A stretch of DNA of 63,883 nt, filler included, from Phoronis australis (lineage: Eukaryota > Animalia > Phoronida): NCBI GenBank assembly GCA_002633005.1. It is 6 parts of 6 records of this genome, joined end to end, with 100 filler letters (N's around TTAATTAATTAA, not from the genome) between each part and the next. Parts side by side here need not be neighbours in the genome. Positions count along the whole stretch, not along the records: positions 1 to 27,115 come from NMRA01000221.1; 5 more parts are not named here. The stretch is one strand, 5' to 3'. Numbering within the stretch: the first letter of the stretch is position 1; each line of letters starts with the position of its first letter. A program made the translations under genes and the position numbers. Below the pieces are notes generated by a model. It saw only the letters and a list, made by a program, of their open reading frames with translations, made no database searches and was not told where the DNA came from. Of this stretch, positions 1 through 12,077 are shown piece after piece.

Positions 1-540
1 CCAGACACTACCTACCTACAATACTGCCACTCATTGTTACCTCAGGCCAGACACTACCTACCTACAATACTGCCACTCATTGTTACCTCAGGCCAGACAC
101 TACCTACCTACAATACTGCCACTCATTGTTACCTCAGGCCAGACACTACCTACCTACAATACTGCCACTCATTGTTACCTCAGGCCAGACACTACCTACC
201 TACAATACTGCCACTCATTGTTACCTCAGGCCAGACACTACCTACCTACAATACTGCCACTCATTGTTACCTCAGGCCAGACACTACCTACCTACAATAC
301 TGCCACTCATTGTTACCTCAGGCCAGACACTACCTACCTACAATACTGCCACTCATTGTTACCTCAGGCCAGACACTACCTACCTACAATACTGCCACTC
401 ATTGTTACCTCAGGCCAGACACTACCTACCTACAATACTGCCACTCATTGTTACCTCAGAGCAGACACTACCTACCTACAATAGTGCCACTCACTGTTAC
501 CTCAGACCAGACACTACCTACCTACAATACTCCCACTCAT
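1..540. repeat. 46-bp minisatellite (about 11.5 copies) in a DSTYK intron; the last copy overlaps the exon end
   Basis: Unit ccagacactacctacctacaatactgccactcattgttacctcagg repeated head-to-tail with no spacers; same unit at 26968-27115. Confidence 0.98.
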
Positions 541-600
541 CATTGCCTCTGGCTTGCAGAAGCCCAGGTCGGTGATTTTCCCTCGGTTCCTCTTGTCCAG
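522..600 (-). CDS. DSTYK: DSTYK (RIPK5) kinase-domain exon
   Basis: ctttcag acceptor, translation [26 protein letters not shown](G), gtaggt donor. The DLG activation-loop motif and [12 protein letters not shown] match DSTYK as recalled; phase 1 fits the exon at 26410. Confidence 0.92.
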
Positions 601-917
601 CTGAAAGAACGTCAGGTTTCTTAACAATAACAGAATAATGGGTCCTACATACAGAAACAGCTGAAGCCTGGAAATTTACTGATTGTTGAAAAAAAAAACA
701 TACTAGTAATCTTAAACAATACAAAGATGTCGTCCAATAAGTTGGCAAAACATACCCATTGACTGACAGTTCAGCTATTTTTTACGGAAACCACAGAAAA
801 TATTTGTCAGCTTAAACAAGACATTGATTTTATCCCCACATACTGCCATTTTGGTTGCTATGAACACATATCAGGCTGATATTTCTGTCTGATATCCTGT
901 GAGTCAGTGCTACTCAC

Positions 918-934
918 CAACACATTCTTCAGCT
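918..934 (-). pseudogene. DSTYK: Truncated 3' end of a DSTYK exon (LKNVL)
   Basis: Reads CTG AAG AAT GTG TTG|gtgagta, the end of HRDIKLKNVL, phase 0 into LDK at 600. Upstream of 934 the frame reads SSEEQE rather than HRDIK. Confidence 0.75.
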
Positions 935-3360
935 CTTGTTCCTCACTGGATCAGGAAATGATTTGTATGCTTGAAAACAACCTCACGAAAATTTTGCTAA
1001 CCATGCTTCGGAGCATTTTGCTCAGAAATAACTAATCAGATTCAAACGAACTTTTCAGACTAAATGGACACTTCATTTGCACGGGACAACAGTTTGAAGT
1101 ACCGGACACGAAGGTGCAGGGAGTGTTGCTGGTTTGAGCGGGTTATCTGTACGAGTGAATGGCCAGCCAAGACTCTCTCCACATGAACTAGGCGGTTGTT
1201 GTCTGGGAACACCGATAAAGGGCGTCGAAGTTTTCGTGGTGACCAGAGACCGAAGCGCCCAATGAGCTTTATATTCTAAATTTATCTCATTGGTAGCGCC
1301 TTAGTGGAAACTCAGAAGTCAGTCAGACACCATTAAAAAGCGGACTGTTCAATGGCTGCTGTTGTTCGACAATGCTTGTGTACATCAATAGGTGTCGCCG
1401 TTGCTTGTCGTCTGCCCCTTGATCTAAGCAACTATGTGGTACACTTTAAATGATGTATGCAGGGCAATAAAGTAATACGGAAATGAATTGAAATATCAGG
1501 GACAGAAACTGGTATTTTTTAACATGTTTGGCTTCTGAAATTGAATTCCTCGTTAAAGGTTAGTGTAGAATCCTTGTTTCACAAAAGAAATACGATAGCC
1601 AAAACTCTGCGATTTGTTTTTATCTCTTGACAACAGCTTTGAGTTGATGCCTGTACATTTAGGGTAGTGGAAGGATAATAGGGGTTTGCTTCGTGACACG
1701 GGACGAAAAGTAAGATTCTTGATATCAGGCATCTGAAAGCCGGTTTCACCTGGACTAAGGACCAAACGGGAGTACGTAAGTTTTCATTGCAGTCCCCACA
1801 AAGTGGAGTCTGAAGAAATGTCACAGTTTGTTCCCAGAAGTGCCGGTTTGAAATACAATGCAAGAATCAAATACTTCTCCTAGGTGAATGTTAACAAGTG
1901 TCTGTGAATCCGCAAAATTGCAGTACTTTAGTTCAACAATCTGTCTTCAGAAAAAAATTGATATAGACTACGTACTGTTATAAACCGACACAACTTACTG
2001 AAATTAAAATTGATTTCTGAGATTGGGGAGAATGTAAAGTTGCTTGAGACCGTGTTCGACAGGTTGGTTCGAATTGGTGGGTTATTAAGTTCTTGATCTA
2101 CAGAAAAAATACTCTTTTATCTTATAAAACGCCCTGGTGATCTTTTCGAGATGAAAGAAATCATGAGTCTCCTTTTCAGAATGTGCGTCAAAGAGCTTAG
2201 CGCGATATATCCGGAACACTTCAAGTATGTATTTTAGAAGCCTCCAATTTCCTCTTGGAGGTGAACGTTAGCTGCTCATGAGCGAACTGAAGTCATACGG
2301 CACTATTCGCTGTGACTTTCTAATAATTAGCCAGAGGACCGATGCTCACACATGCGCAGATAACGTTCTCCTCGCCAAGGAAATTTGAGGTTTCGAAAAT
2401 ACTCAGACTGTTGCGAATGCTTAGTCTAATAAAGTTCCACTGCCTTAAGCATTCCCATTGTATATATACTGATTATCTAAGGAATTGATATGATTGTATT
2501 TAAAACCGTTGTTCACTCTATTTTGTCTTTCCACGAATTTGGAGCTGAAATTGGCTTGGCGTACTGTTTTTCGGTCCTGGTGTCACATTTTTGCTGTATC
2601 TAATCATTGCCAAGATAATAATGTAATTTATTACTATTATAAGCCTATTCTAAAGTCCCGTTTATCTTTCCACGAATTTTGAAATGAAAGTGGCTTGCCC
2701 ACTGTTACAAATGCGCGCTGCATGATAACCTCGATATTCTAAGTACATGCACTATCATTATATTCAAAACCACTGTGCTGTCTATCATATCTTTCTGGGA
2801 ATTGTACAGTGAACATGCTCTTGTCACAAGGCTGATAACGCGTGATCGGCACCAACACGACACCATAGATTAATTTTTATTTATGATGATACCAGTACAA
2901 AGATCAAAACACCCAGTTGTTCATTCCCGGTAAGCCTTCAAACTCAGCCGATGACTCACACTCACATTACCTTTTAAACGTGAGGACGTTTCGTTCCTGC
3001 TGATGTAGTGCCCAACTAAACTATCATATGGCATGGCCCGTGGCATAGTCATAGCACGGGGCTCACTCAAATGCTTATAAAACAAGCTCAACGTAAGTTT
3101 AATTTTCACTTTGGAGAAAGAAAGCAATTGAGACAGCTTCTGCATGTTGAGACAATGTGTGTACTGAGCAACACATCGAATGAATCGATTCCAAAAATTC
3201 ATACATCTACAAGTCTTTAGATATCGCTTAGATCAACGGAGCCCCTCACGCTTGACCCTACACATATATTGAAAGTCACGGTGTCCCAACACAAAGTGTC
3301 GCACCACAAGAGGCCAGTGCTTCTGTAGGAATGGAAACATGTAATGAGATTTTGGTGCCT

Positions 3361-3465
3361 CAAAACCCCTGTGGGTGCGGGATCTCAAAACCCCTGTGGG
3401 TGCGGGATCTCAAAACCCCTGTGGGTGCGGGATCTCAAAACCCCTGTGGGTGCGGGATCTCAAAA
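3361..3465. repeat. 25-bp tandem repeat x4
   Basis: caaaacccctgtgggtgcgggatct repeated four times. Confidence 0.95.
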
Positions 3466-3770
3466 AGGCCCGTAGCATATGTTAACTTCTGTTACGTTCT
3501 TAATCCGTCACTGGCTGATGGCGTAAACATGGAAATATTTGCAAGATCTCTAAATTTGGTTGGCACACTTGTAATTAGGTTCTACCAAAAGGATTTCATA
3601 ATTAGGTAGTATTGAAGATAGAATGAGCAAAAATTATTGGGGGGCACAAAACATTTCAAGGTCGCCAAACAACTTCTCCATCGCCACCACCTCCGCCACC
3701 ACCCCCGACCCCCTTGCTTCCGATGCCACATTTGTACCGAATCTTCCACGTACGACCTAGGTGGGGTGCA

Positions 3771-3926
3771 CAGTGGCGGATTTAGGGGGACCAAGATGCC
3801 ATGGCCCCCCTAAAATTCTCCCAGGTTACATTTGGCAGTTCGGAGGTGCGAATTTCTTACCTGTAAAACCGTGGATAATACTCTGCCCTGACTTCCTCCC
3901 AACTCAAAATCCTGGATCCGCTCCTA
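3771..3926 (+). mobile_element. Short MITE, hAT-like CAG(T/G)GGCGGAT termini; dispersed family
   Basis: cagtggcggatttaggggg ... cctggatccgctcct. Related copies share ctctgccctg/actcaaaatcct/ttggcagttcgg at about 21825-21980 (+), 42435-42550 (-), 63153-63327 (-) and 63804-63883 (-). Confidence 0.75.
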
Positions 3927-4589
3927 GGAAAATCCCCGGATGCAGCCATTAAGAGTTGAGTAACCGTGAACCAACACGGAGTGTAAGAATGGGCCTAGCA
4001 CCAGTACGCTGACCGGTAGCGAGGAGCTTCCTCAAGTAGCTGTAGCTGAGATCTAACAGTGTGAAAATACGAAATTCTCTTGAACTAAAGCTAGTTGCTG
4101 GTCAGCTCAGCTGTGATTCACTTGAGACTTGCAGCTCGTACCGGCCGTCTGCGTCCGCTCTGAAGGTCAAGATTCGTTTCATTGTGATCCATGTTTGGGA
4201 AAACTTCATTCTATTATTCTTTGAAGAAGTTTTTTGAAAAAGTGAGGCCACGAAATCCCGGTAGTTCAGTTTCTCGTGGCTGGGGAAAAGGATAGTGTGT
4301 CTAAAGATGTGCCCTTTTCCTGAACGCCTAGAGTTCAAATTTAGCTCTCGTGGATCACTGAGATTCTGCGGGGGCCTACTGCATGGCTACATCTCGTTTT
4401 AACATGGGCAAGTCAGTTCTAGATGTGCACGCGACTCACTACTGGAAACTAAAACACCAAAGACGTGCAAAGACTACCTTTCCAAGCTTTGAGCTTAATT
4501 TTATTTATTTAAGGATTTTAAAACATTTTTTCTATCTACGGTTTGTTTGTCCGAATTCCATCAATGTTTTTGAGAGTTACTTTAGATAT

Positions 4590-4878
4590 GTAAAAATTGT
4601 CTAAGTGTACTTTACTATTTGGGGATCGGATTATGGAGTTCTTTCCAACTTCAGGTTGCAATCAAATTCACTGAAACATCATCAATTCTTACAAGATTAG
4701 CTTCTAATTGTCAAAAATCATCTATGAATCTGTTGATTTTCGTAGATACATGAACAAGTAAATCAGAAACCAACGAATTTGTTTATCAAAACAGACTGGC
4801 ATGCGTGCTCGCAGACTTTTGACGGGTAACCGGGGGAATTCATATTAAGGTGTATTTTTGCATATTTCAGAGGTACCT
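4590..4878 (-). mobile_element. Terminal fragment of a TTAA-type (Kolobok-like) DNA transposon
   Basis: Ends aggtacct|ttaa; diverged reverse complement of 6910-7210. Confidence 0.6.
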
Positions 4879-6272
4879 TTAACGGTTTACAATGTAAACT
4901 TGGACTCTATTTGTCGAAAAAACGGTGTCGATTGTCACGGTTTAACTCTGACGCCTGAAATTTTTTTGTGGGGCCCGTGCCTCCCCCCGCATCCTACGGC
5001 CTTGATCTTACTTTGAGTTACCCATATTCCATGTCGTGTTCAAGTACTTGTTATTTTGTTTGACTAATAGCCTACAGAACTGAACACAAGCAAAGACAAA
5101 TTCGGATAGAATGCTGTGATAGATCTGAATGTAAAGTTGCTCACATGTGCAACGTGCCAAGCCACGAGAACTTAGTAATACTGTATACCCGTTGGAATCA
5201 GTCAGAATTACCGACTTTACGTCAGACAACACTTATACATGTGTTGAGACATGAAACTGCACCTTCATCGGGAATAACACGCACATGTAGTCGACAATAC
5301 GCGAAACACTAGAGTAACGCCGACCGGTCCTCATTTCTCAAAAATATCACATCAAAGAAACTGTACGTTACAGATGAAAGATGTCGATATACATTCAATT
5401 TAAACACGATTTGAAATTCATAACAATGGGCAATACGGATAAGGAATCAATTTAATTTATATCATTGTTGAACCTGGCGTTTCACTGCTTTTTTCACCTT
5501 GAGCTCTCAACTGGTGCAAGATAATGTAAACCATGCAATTTTTTATGAAACTGGAAGTGGTTTATTATTTTTTCAATACATGATTCAGCCATTTAAAATT
5601 ACAAAAGTATGCCTAACTCTACAATTGACAAAAAATAGCAGCAGCAGCATCCCCCTCTGTCGGCAGCGGCAGTGTCGGCACTTGGACTAATTCTAATAAT
5701 TTTCATCCAAAATAGTTCATTCATATATACGAACTCCTTATGCATTGAAATATCTCACTTTCAAAAATTTCAAAAAGAATAATAAACACAATCACTTATA
5801 AGCTTTCATTTAACCAGAGTGACCTCAGCCTTTTATAAAGAATTTTGTAATATTACGTAATTTACAATTGTTTGTACATTTGAAAACCTTTCTGAAAACA
5901 GTTCTAGTGTTTTGAAGGTAAGCAACAGGCAACTTAAAATTGTCTCGGAAGCTACAGGTGTACACTAGCAAACATTATTTGTCCTCATTATTTATTGATT
6001 TTGTAACATGGGTATTACCTTTCCTCACGAGTTACGCAAAGGTAACGTCATATGTCAATCATCAGACAGGGCCGCAGGAAGCGGAAGCCGGGGGGTGAGC
6101 ACGTGCCCCCCAAAAATTTCCAGGCGTCAGGATTAAGCCGTGGCAACCGACATAAGCGTGGGACCGGGGACAGTCGAGAATTGAAAGACTGAGATTACCG
6201 ATAAGAGAGAAAGTTCAAGAGAACATTTCAAGTGACACCTCAGTGTCAGTGCATGGTTTACCCTTTGAAGGC

Positions 6273-6716
6273 CCAGTGCCCGGTTGCATGAAACAGTCCC
6301 AAAAAGGGGACTCAACTAAGTTCCGTAAATCTACCGCGTATTTATGGACTTGTGAAAACACTGATTGTCGTTTCTTATGCTGTTTGAGTTTCATTACTAT
6401 GTCAACTTTTGATTTTGATACAAATTGAGAGTGAACTCAACGTTGATTTCTCAATATTATCGAAAATGTTTAGGGATCTTTTCATGCAACGCTCCTAACT
6501 TAAGGACTAAGTCCCTATATGTTTTCATTGAATTTTGGGCTCAGATTTTAGTTATATTTATTATAAAATGTCATTAGTCAAAAGGGAGCTCACAATAACA
6601 ATGAAATGACAGAAAAATATTACATCAGTGTGTAAACAAAGACGTAAATAAGGCAAAAGATTTAGGGAACTTGGTTGAGTCCCAATTTGGGACTGTTTCA
6701 TGCAACCCGGCACTGG
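6273..6716. mobile_element. MITE of about 440 bp with about 55-bp TIRs (PIF/Harbinger-like)
   Basis: ccagtgcccggttgcatgaaacagtcccaaa...gactcaactaagttcc versus ggaacttggttgagtcccaatttgggactgtttcatgcaacccggcactgg. Confidence 0.85.
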
Positions 6717-6909
6717 TCAGGACATTAATGTTAGGGATCTCCGTTTTGATACATACATTTAGGTCGTCTCAACGCACTAGTAAACGTGCAGTTCATCTTT
6801 CATTGAGAGAATGCATAAAGCGAAGCTTTTGCAGAGTATATATTCAATCATTGGATTTTTAAATTCGACAAGACGATTATGAGTTCTAGTTAAACTCATG
6901 AACCGTTAT

Positions 6910-7210
6910 AGGTACCTCGAAAATGAGCAAATATACACCTCAATGACAATACCCCATCTCTCATTTTCCCCCGGTTACCCATCAAAAATCTACCAGCATG
7001 CCAGCAGAAATTACTTATAATATTCCGTTTTGATTAACAAATTCGTTGGTTTCTGACTTAAATGTATCAACGAAAATCGACAGATTCGGGGATGATTTTG
7101 ACAATTAGAAGCTAATCTTTTAAGAAATGATGACATTTCAGTGAAATAAGTTGCAGTCTGAATTTGGAAAAACTCTAAAATTCTATAATCCGAACCTCGA
7201 ATAGTAAAGT
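6910..7210 (+). mobile_element. Second copy of the Kolobok-like terminus, inverted relative to 4590-4878
   Basis: Starts aggtacctcgaaaatg; shared blocks acaaattcgttggtttctga and ttgacaattagaagctaatctt. Confidence 0.6.
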
Positions 7211-10200
7211 GCATTTAGGGCAAAATTTACGAAAAATTCTGGCAAATCCAGATAAAATTGGACAGGGATCATCCTGTGGAAATATACAAGAGGAATTATG
7301 GATATAATGTGTTGCACCGCCTCGACGAGGGAAGATGACTGGGCCTTCAAATTGTTGACATGAAAAGAGTAGCGATGAGCCGGGAAGAACACGCAAATAA
7401 TTATTCAAGAAAGAACACAAGAGATAGGTTAAATTAGTAAAACATTGGAAATGTTTTATCTAGGCTGTAATCATAAATTCAAATATTTCAATTTGCTTTA
7501 TCGTATCTCACAACGTTTTATGCAATTTTCAGCTCGATGACCGGAAAACATGACTAAGGAAAAGTTTGGTTCCGTAAGCAGAAAAGTGGAAGAGCTCAGA
7601 GACCAAAAAATCAAACTACTACTGTTTTTATGTAAAATTTCCTTAAAATTAGCGACAGCGAAGCAGAGGCATATTGATCTAATTGATGCCCAGGAATGGA
7701 ACCAAGAGAAACGGATCTTGAATTATTAGGTGTATCAAACTCTAGGCTATTGACGACAACTGCCAAAATGTTAACAAATCATTCTATATACTTGCACCAT
7801 CAATAATATTGCTGAAAACATCAGTGTCAAACATCCGTCAAATGTATGTCTTTTCCGCCGCAGCTTGAAGCTGTAAATGGTTCAAGCATCGTGTCGCCCA
7901 CCTGTAGCGAATTGTACGTTGATGAAATATGCGACATTGTGGCTTTGGGTAAACCTGCAGAAACGTCAAATTATGTTTTTCTTTCTTTTTTGTGTGAGTG
8001 CAACTAAAAAGGATTTGGAGAAGACGGAAATCCTGAGAATGAATCCAACCCGGACCCCCAGCCGGATCACTCATACGTAAACGCATGATAAATAAAAAAT
8101 AAATTACTCGTGTTCGGGTACAATTTCCGTAGGTTGTAACCACGACACTAAAACTATTGGGAACGCAATAGAGTTGTATTGAAGGGGCGCATTTGTACGA
8201 AAGAAATATGAAAACGGGTTTATGCAAAACAAGAATTCAATAATGACTGCTATCGTACGTGTACGCAATGGCATACTTTGTACAAACTAATTTGGTTACC
8301 AACCAAGGTATAAGCCGCTAGCGGCTGGTTACCAGTGATAATTATTACTGATATGTGCAAGACGAATTCACAGAAAAATGTATTTACTTAGAGTACTGAA
8401 AGACACAATCCCAATCAAGAAGCATCGGAGATGACCAGCGGCGACACACAATCACTGAACTTTCGCACACATGTAAAAATTTATGACATGGCAATTTTCA
8501 TCATAGTTGCTCATAATATATATTTTTAAAGCAGAGAGAAAAACCTAATGAGGAATGAGTAATTGTTTTATTCAAAACGCATTCTAGAAAATTGCAGTGA
8601 TTCAAAAGATATGGTAATACAATCTGTTTTGAGTTGATGTTTTTTTCCGTAGGAGGCACAGTATACGTTGGTCGATAGTTTGTATTGTTAGTAATGTAAC
8701 TGCTCTTCACGTGTTTTCTCGAAGTGGCCGATATTCTTGGACTAATTCTATGTTGTGGAAGCATAGACATCTTAATACATGTGATGTCTATGTGTGGAAG
8801 TATCTAGGGTGCATTTTGTTTATAAATTTGAAGTAACAGTTTAAGTAAGATAATGTAAATATATCCTGAAAATGTAACATGCGTAGAGTTTTACAAATTG
8901 GGAGAGTGTGGCTAAGAATTGTTTACATTTCGTAAAGCTTATTTGTTACATGTTTAACCCTGTGTAAACTTCGAATGAACAAACAATTATCCCATATGTA
9001 ATTGGAGATGGAATGGGTGGCTAAACATGTTCAGTCAAAATTATGCCATTAAATTGTTGGATTTGTGCCAAAGCGTTCTTTTTGGTTTCCAGGAGGATAA
9101 AAAAACATATCTGTTCCTTTTCTTTATTTGTGTTTTGTTAGCCGTAACATGTACGCTGTCCAAACAAAATTGACAGATCACATTCACCAATGCTGCAAAT
9201 AAAGCTGTAGATGAGGGATGCATTTTCTCACATGGACCCGTCTACAAAAAACTGTCTACACCGCTTTTGTGGAAGTCCGTTCCACACGGTGCGCTAGTGG
9301 GACGTACAGTAGACGAACAAATACGGAGTGCACCACGTGTTTCCTTTTTAACTCGGCTAAGACTTAGTTAACTCAATCTTCACCCGCTGGTTTATACACA
9401 GGTATACACTGCGAAGTGACGAGTTTCATCACATAGCTAAGGAAGCATAGAAAAAAATGCCTAAACCAGGAATACAGACCATTTTGTAATCATTAAAAGG
9501 TTTACCTATGTGTAGGTGGTACTACCGTCCTTCGTTTACCACTAACAGATATTTGATTACCATGCATTGTTTAGATTATTACATTATAATTTGTGGGACA
9601 GTGCATTAGTACGCCTAACAAGTAGTGACACATCTGAATATCTTCTTTGCTTGCAATACACGGCAAAAGCTCACGATGTCTTGCATGTTTATTGCTTTTC
9701 TAGCAAGAAACTAGGTCTACGAAACGCACCCCAGGAATCAAATGTTGGCCAAGCGTCCCGCGGAAAGTCAACATAAATTGTAGATTTTGTAACTGTATTT
9801 TTTCAGTAGCGCGTTTTTCTCATTCTTACTTCAATTCAACTATTTAGTTGACCTGAACATTTGGTTCTTAAGCAAACATTGAACGCTGCAGCTGTCGGCG
9901 ATAGTTCACGAAAACTTTCGTATAATTACGAGGACGTTGAAGCAAAAGAGTAAACAAGCATCTCGATTAAAAACAAATCTAAAGGGAACGTGTACGTGAA
10001 AAAATAGTGATTACTTATTTGAGATTAAAATGATTGGTTAAGATATTATTGTAGTCATTAATTTTAGAGTAATTTCATTAGAAAGTTATGTTTTAACCTA
10101 GCCAACATTCAAGCTCTTGACCTTTTAGTCATCCGACAAAAATTACGTATGTTAACGGACTCGATGATTTCTCGTTATAGCTACATGAACATAATAGAAT

Positions 10201-10394
10201 CGCTACGAAATAATCTTAAAAATAATTATAACAGAGATGCTGCGCTCAAAAAGTACCCAACTCACTCAGAATTAGTTCACAGAGTATGTTTACGAACAGA
10301 GCTCAGTAAAGAATTCAGTCCGTGTCAAATAAAAGCCAAGCCTAAAGAAGATATTTAGGCATTGATTCCCAGCTATTGCTTGAAAAAAGTGTCA

Positions 10395-10845
10395 TGTTTT
10401 AGTAAACTTGGCAATTACGTGCTTTATAAAAATGATCTGATAATGGAAGAGTATGTTAAATGTTCATACACTAAAAAGCATTTAGCTGCTTTTGCTGTTT
10501 ATTATTGTGATCTGTAAGTCCTTCATGAAAATGACAGATGTTCAGGAACCTCAAGAGCGTTTGTGTACGGCATGTTCTAAAAGAGTAGGTGAAGAATGAA
10601 ATTTATTTTTACTCGATTGTCCTGCATACGCTGATTTGAGAGAAAATTATTGATTTTTTTCTAAGCTTGTAAATCAGGAAAGATTTATAATTATGTCTGA
10701 ACATGAGGTTTGGAAATTAGCCAGTTATCAATTGTGTTCTAAAAAGGCTTACCGCTGACGTGCTATTTTTGTGGTTGAACTTGCTGATAACGCGTTATAT
10801 TCGGGCTGTGAATAAGCACAAGGGATGGTTGTCAATAAAGTTATA
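10395..10845 (+). mobile_element. Degenerate 3' end of a non-LTR retrotransposon
   Basis: Interrupted translation SKLGNYVLYK...ERLCTACSKRVGEE*..FLLDCPAYADLRENY, the C-terminal CCHC-type finger of LINE ORF2, followed by aataaa at about 10834. Confidence 0.7.
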
Positions 10846-11169
10846 TTAAACGATTTTTCTCTGAAAATGCTAACCAAACACATCTTGCGCATTTGTGATG
10901 GCAATTTTAATAAAGGACTTCGTTAATTTTGCGTGCTGTCCACGCCACGTAAACCAACCGAGATTATCTTTACACACTTAGCCTGACGTTCAAAATTCGT
11001 TTGTTTTCAATCAATCGATAAAGGGCGTGAATGAGCAATTTTTCTTTTATTTAATGGTGTGACTTCATGTGCAACGATACAACACTGTTCCTGAAATCAA
11101 AATAGTTCTTTTTGGTTTAAGTTTATTTGATCACGTGAACGACTAACGTAACACTATAGTCAAGAAGAA

Positions 11170-11265
11170 GAATCAGTTTCCGAGATCAGCCCTAGCTCGG
11201 AATCGAACTTGACAAATTCTTGCGCCGCAGTCAGAAGTTTCGTTAGCTGCGTTAAATCCCAGCAT
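11170..11265 (-). mobile_element. Possible tRNA-derived SINE head
   Basis: Minus-strand B-box-like GTTCGATTCC with a weak upstream A-box; no intact cloverleaf seen. Confidence 0.35.
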
Positions 11266-12077
11266 CAGTAGGCCAGTGTGGGAGAGTACTTCACTTGGAG
11301 TAGTCACAGAAATTCACTTCAACTGATGTGTGAAAAATAACGGCGGTAATTGGGATTTGTAATAAAATCACGAAACAGTTCAAAAATTTTATCCCACTCA
11401 ATCCCAAGCTTGCGTTTTTCGGCCGCGAAAATGATAACGTCCCTTTACCAATGTATTTTGTTTTGACGATAATGAAAATCTTAAGTATGCAATAATATTG
11501 ATTAAGAATTTTAAGAGCGACAATTGCAATTAAAAAGAGTACTAAGTAATCACTAACAAATTTGATATATTGTATTAATACGACTATTTGAAGTCATAAA
11601 AATGTTAATTGCACGGTTGAGAACACGATGGTCGCATTTTTTTCATATTGTAGAAATATTATAATGTTACTGACGTCGTGAATACAATTTTGGTATTGAA
11701 AATTGAGAACAGCGCACAATCTTTACAACACGTGTTTACTCGAACAGAAATGTGAGAAAGTGCGTTTTAAGATGATAAAATGTCGCCGCGCACAACTAAA
11801 CACAGGTAAAACAGGTTTGGAAAAAGGTAAACGCATGCATTTAACAGTATAACTACAATGATCATTCAAATACACGACACATTCAGGTATAAATGTGCTG
11901 ATTTTTGTCAAAATTTTATCGGAATTTTTAGACAAAATACGTCCAATATTACTTTGTCGTCTGCACACAATGTTACATACATACTTCAAGAATTTCAAAC
12001 AGTTATTTCACAAAACATTTCTTCAAAACATTATCACAAACATTTATTCAACCAGGTGATGGTACAGGTGTGTTAAA

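Noticed and set aside
1-624. CRISPR-like array and three overlapping long ORFs
   Set aside because: Units are contiguous with no unique spacers, no cas genes, eukaryotic context. The ORFs arise from a stop-free 46-bp unit.
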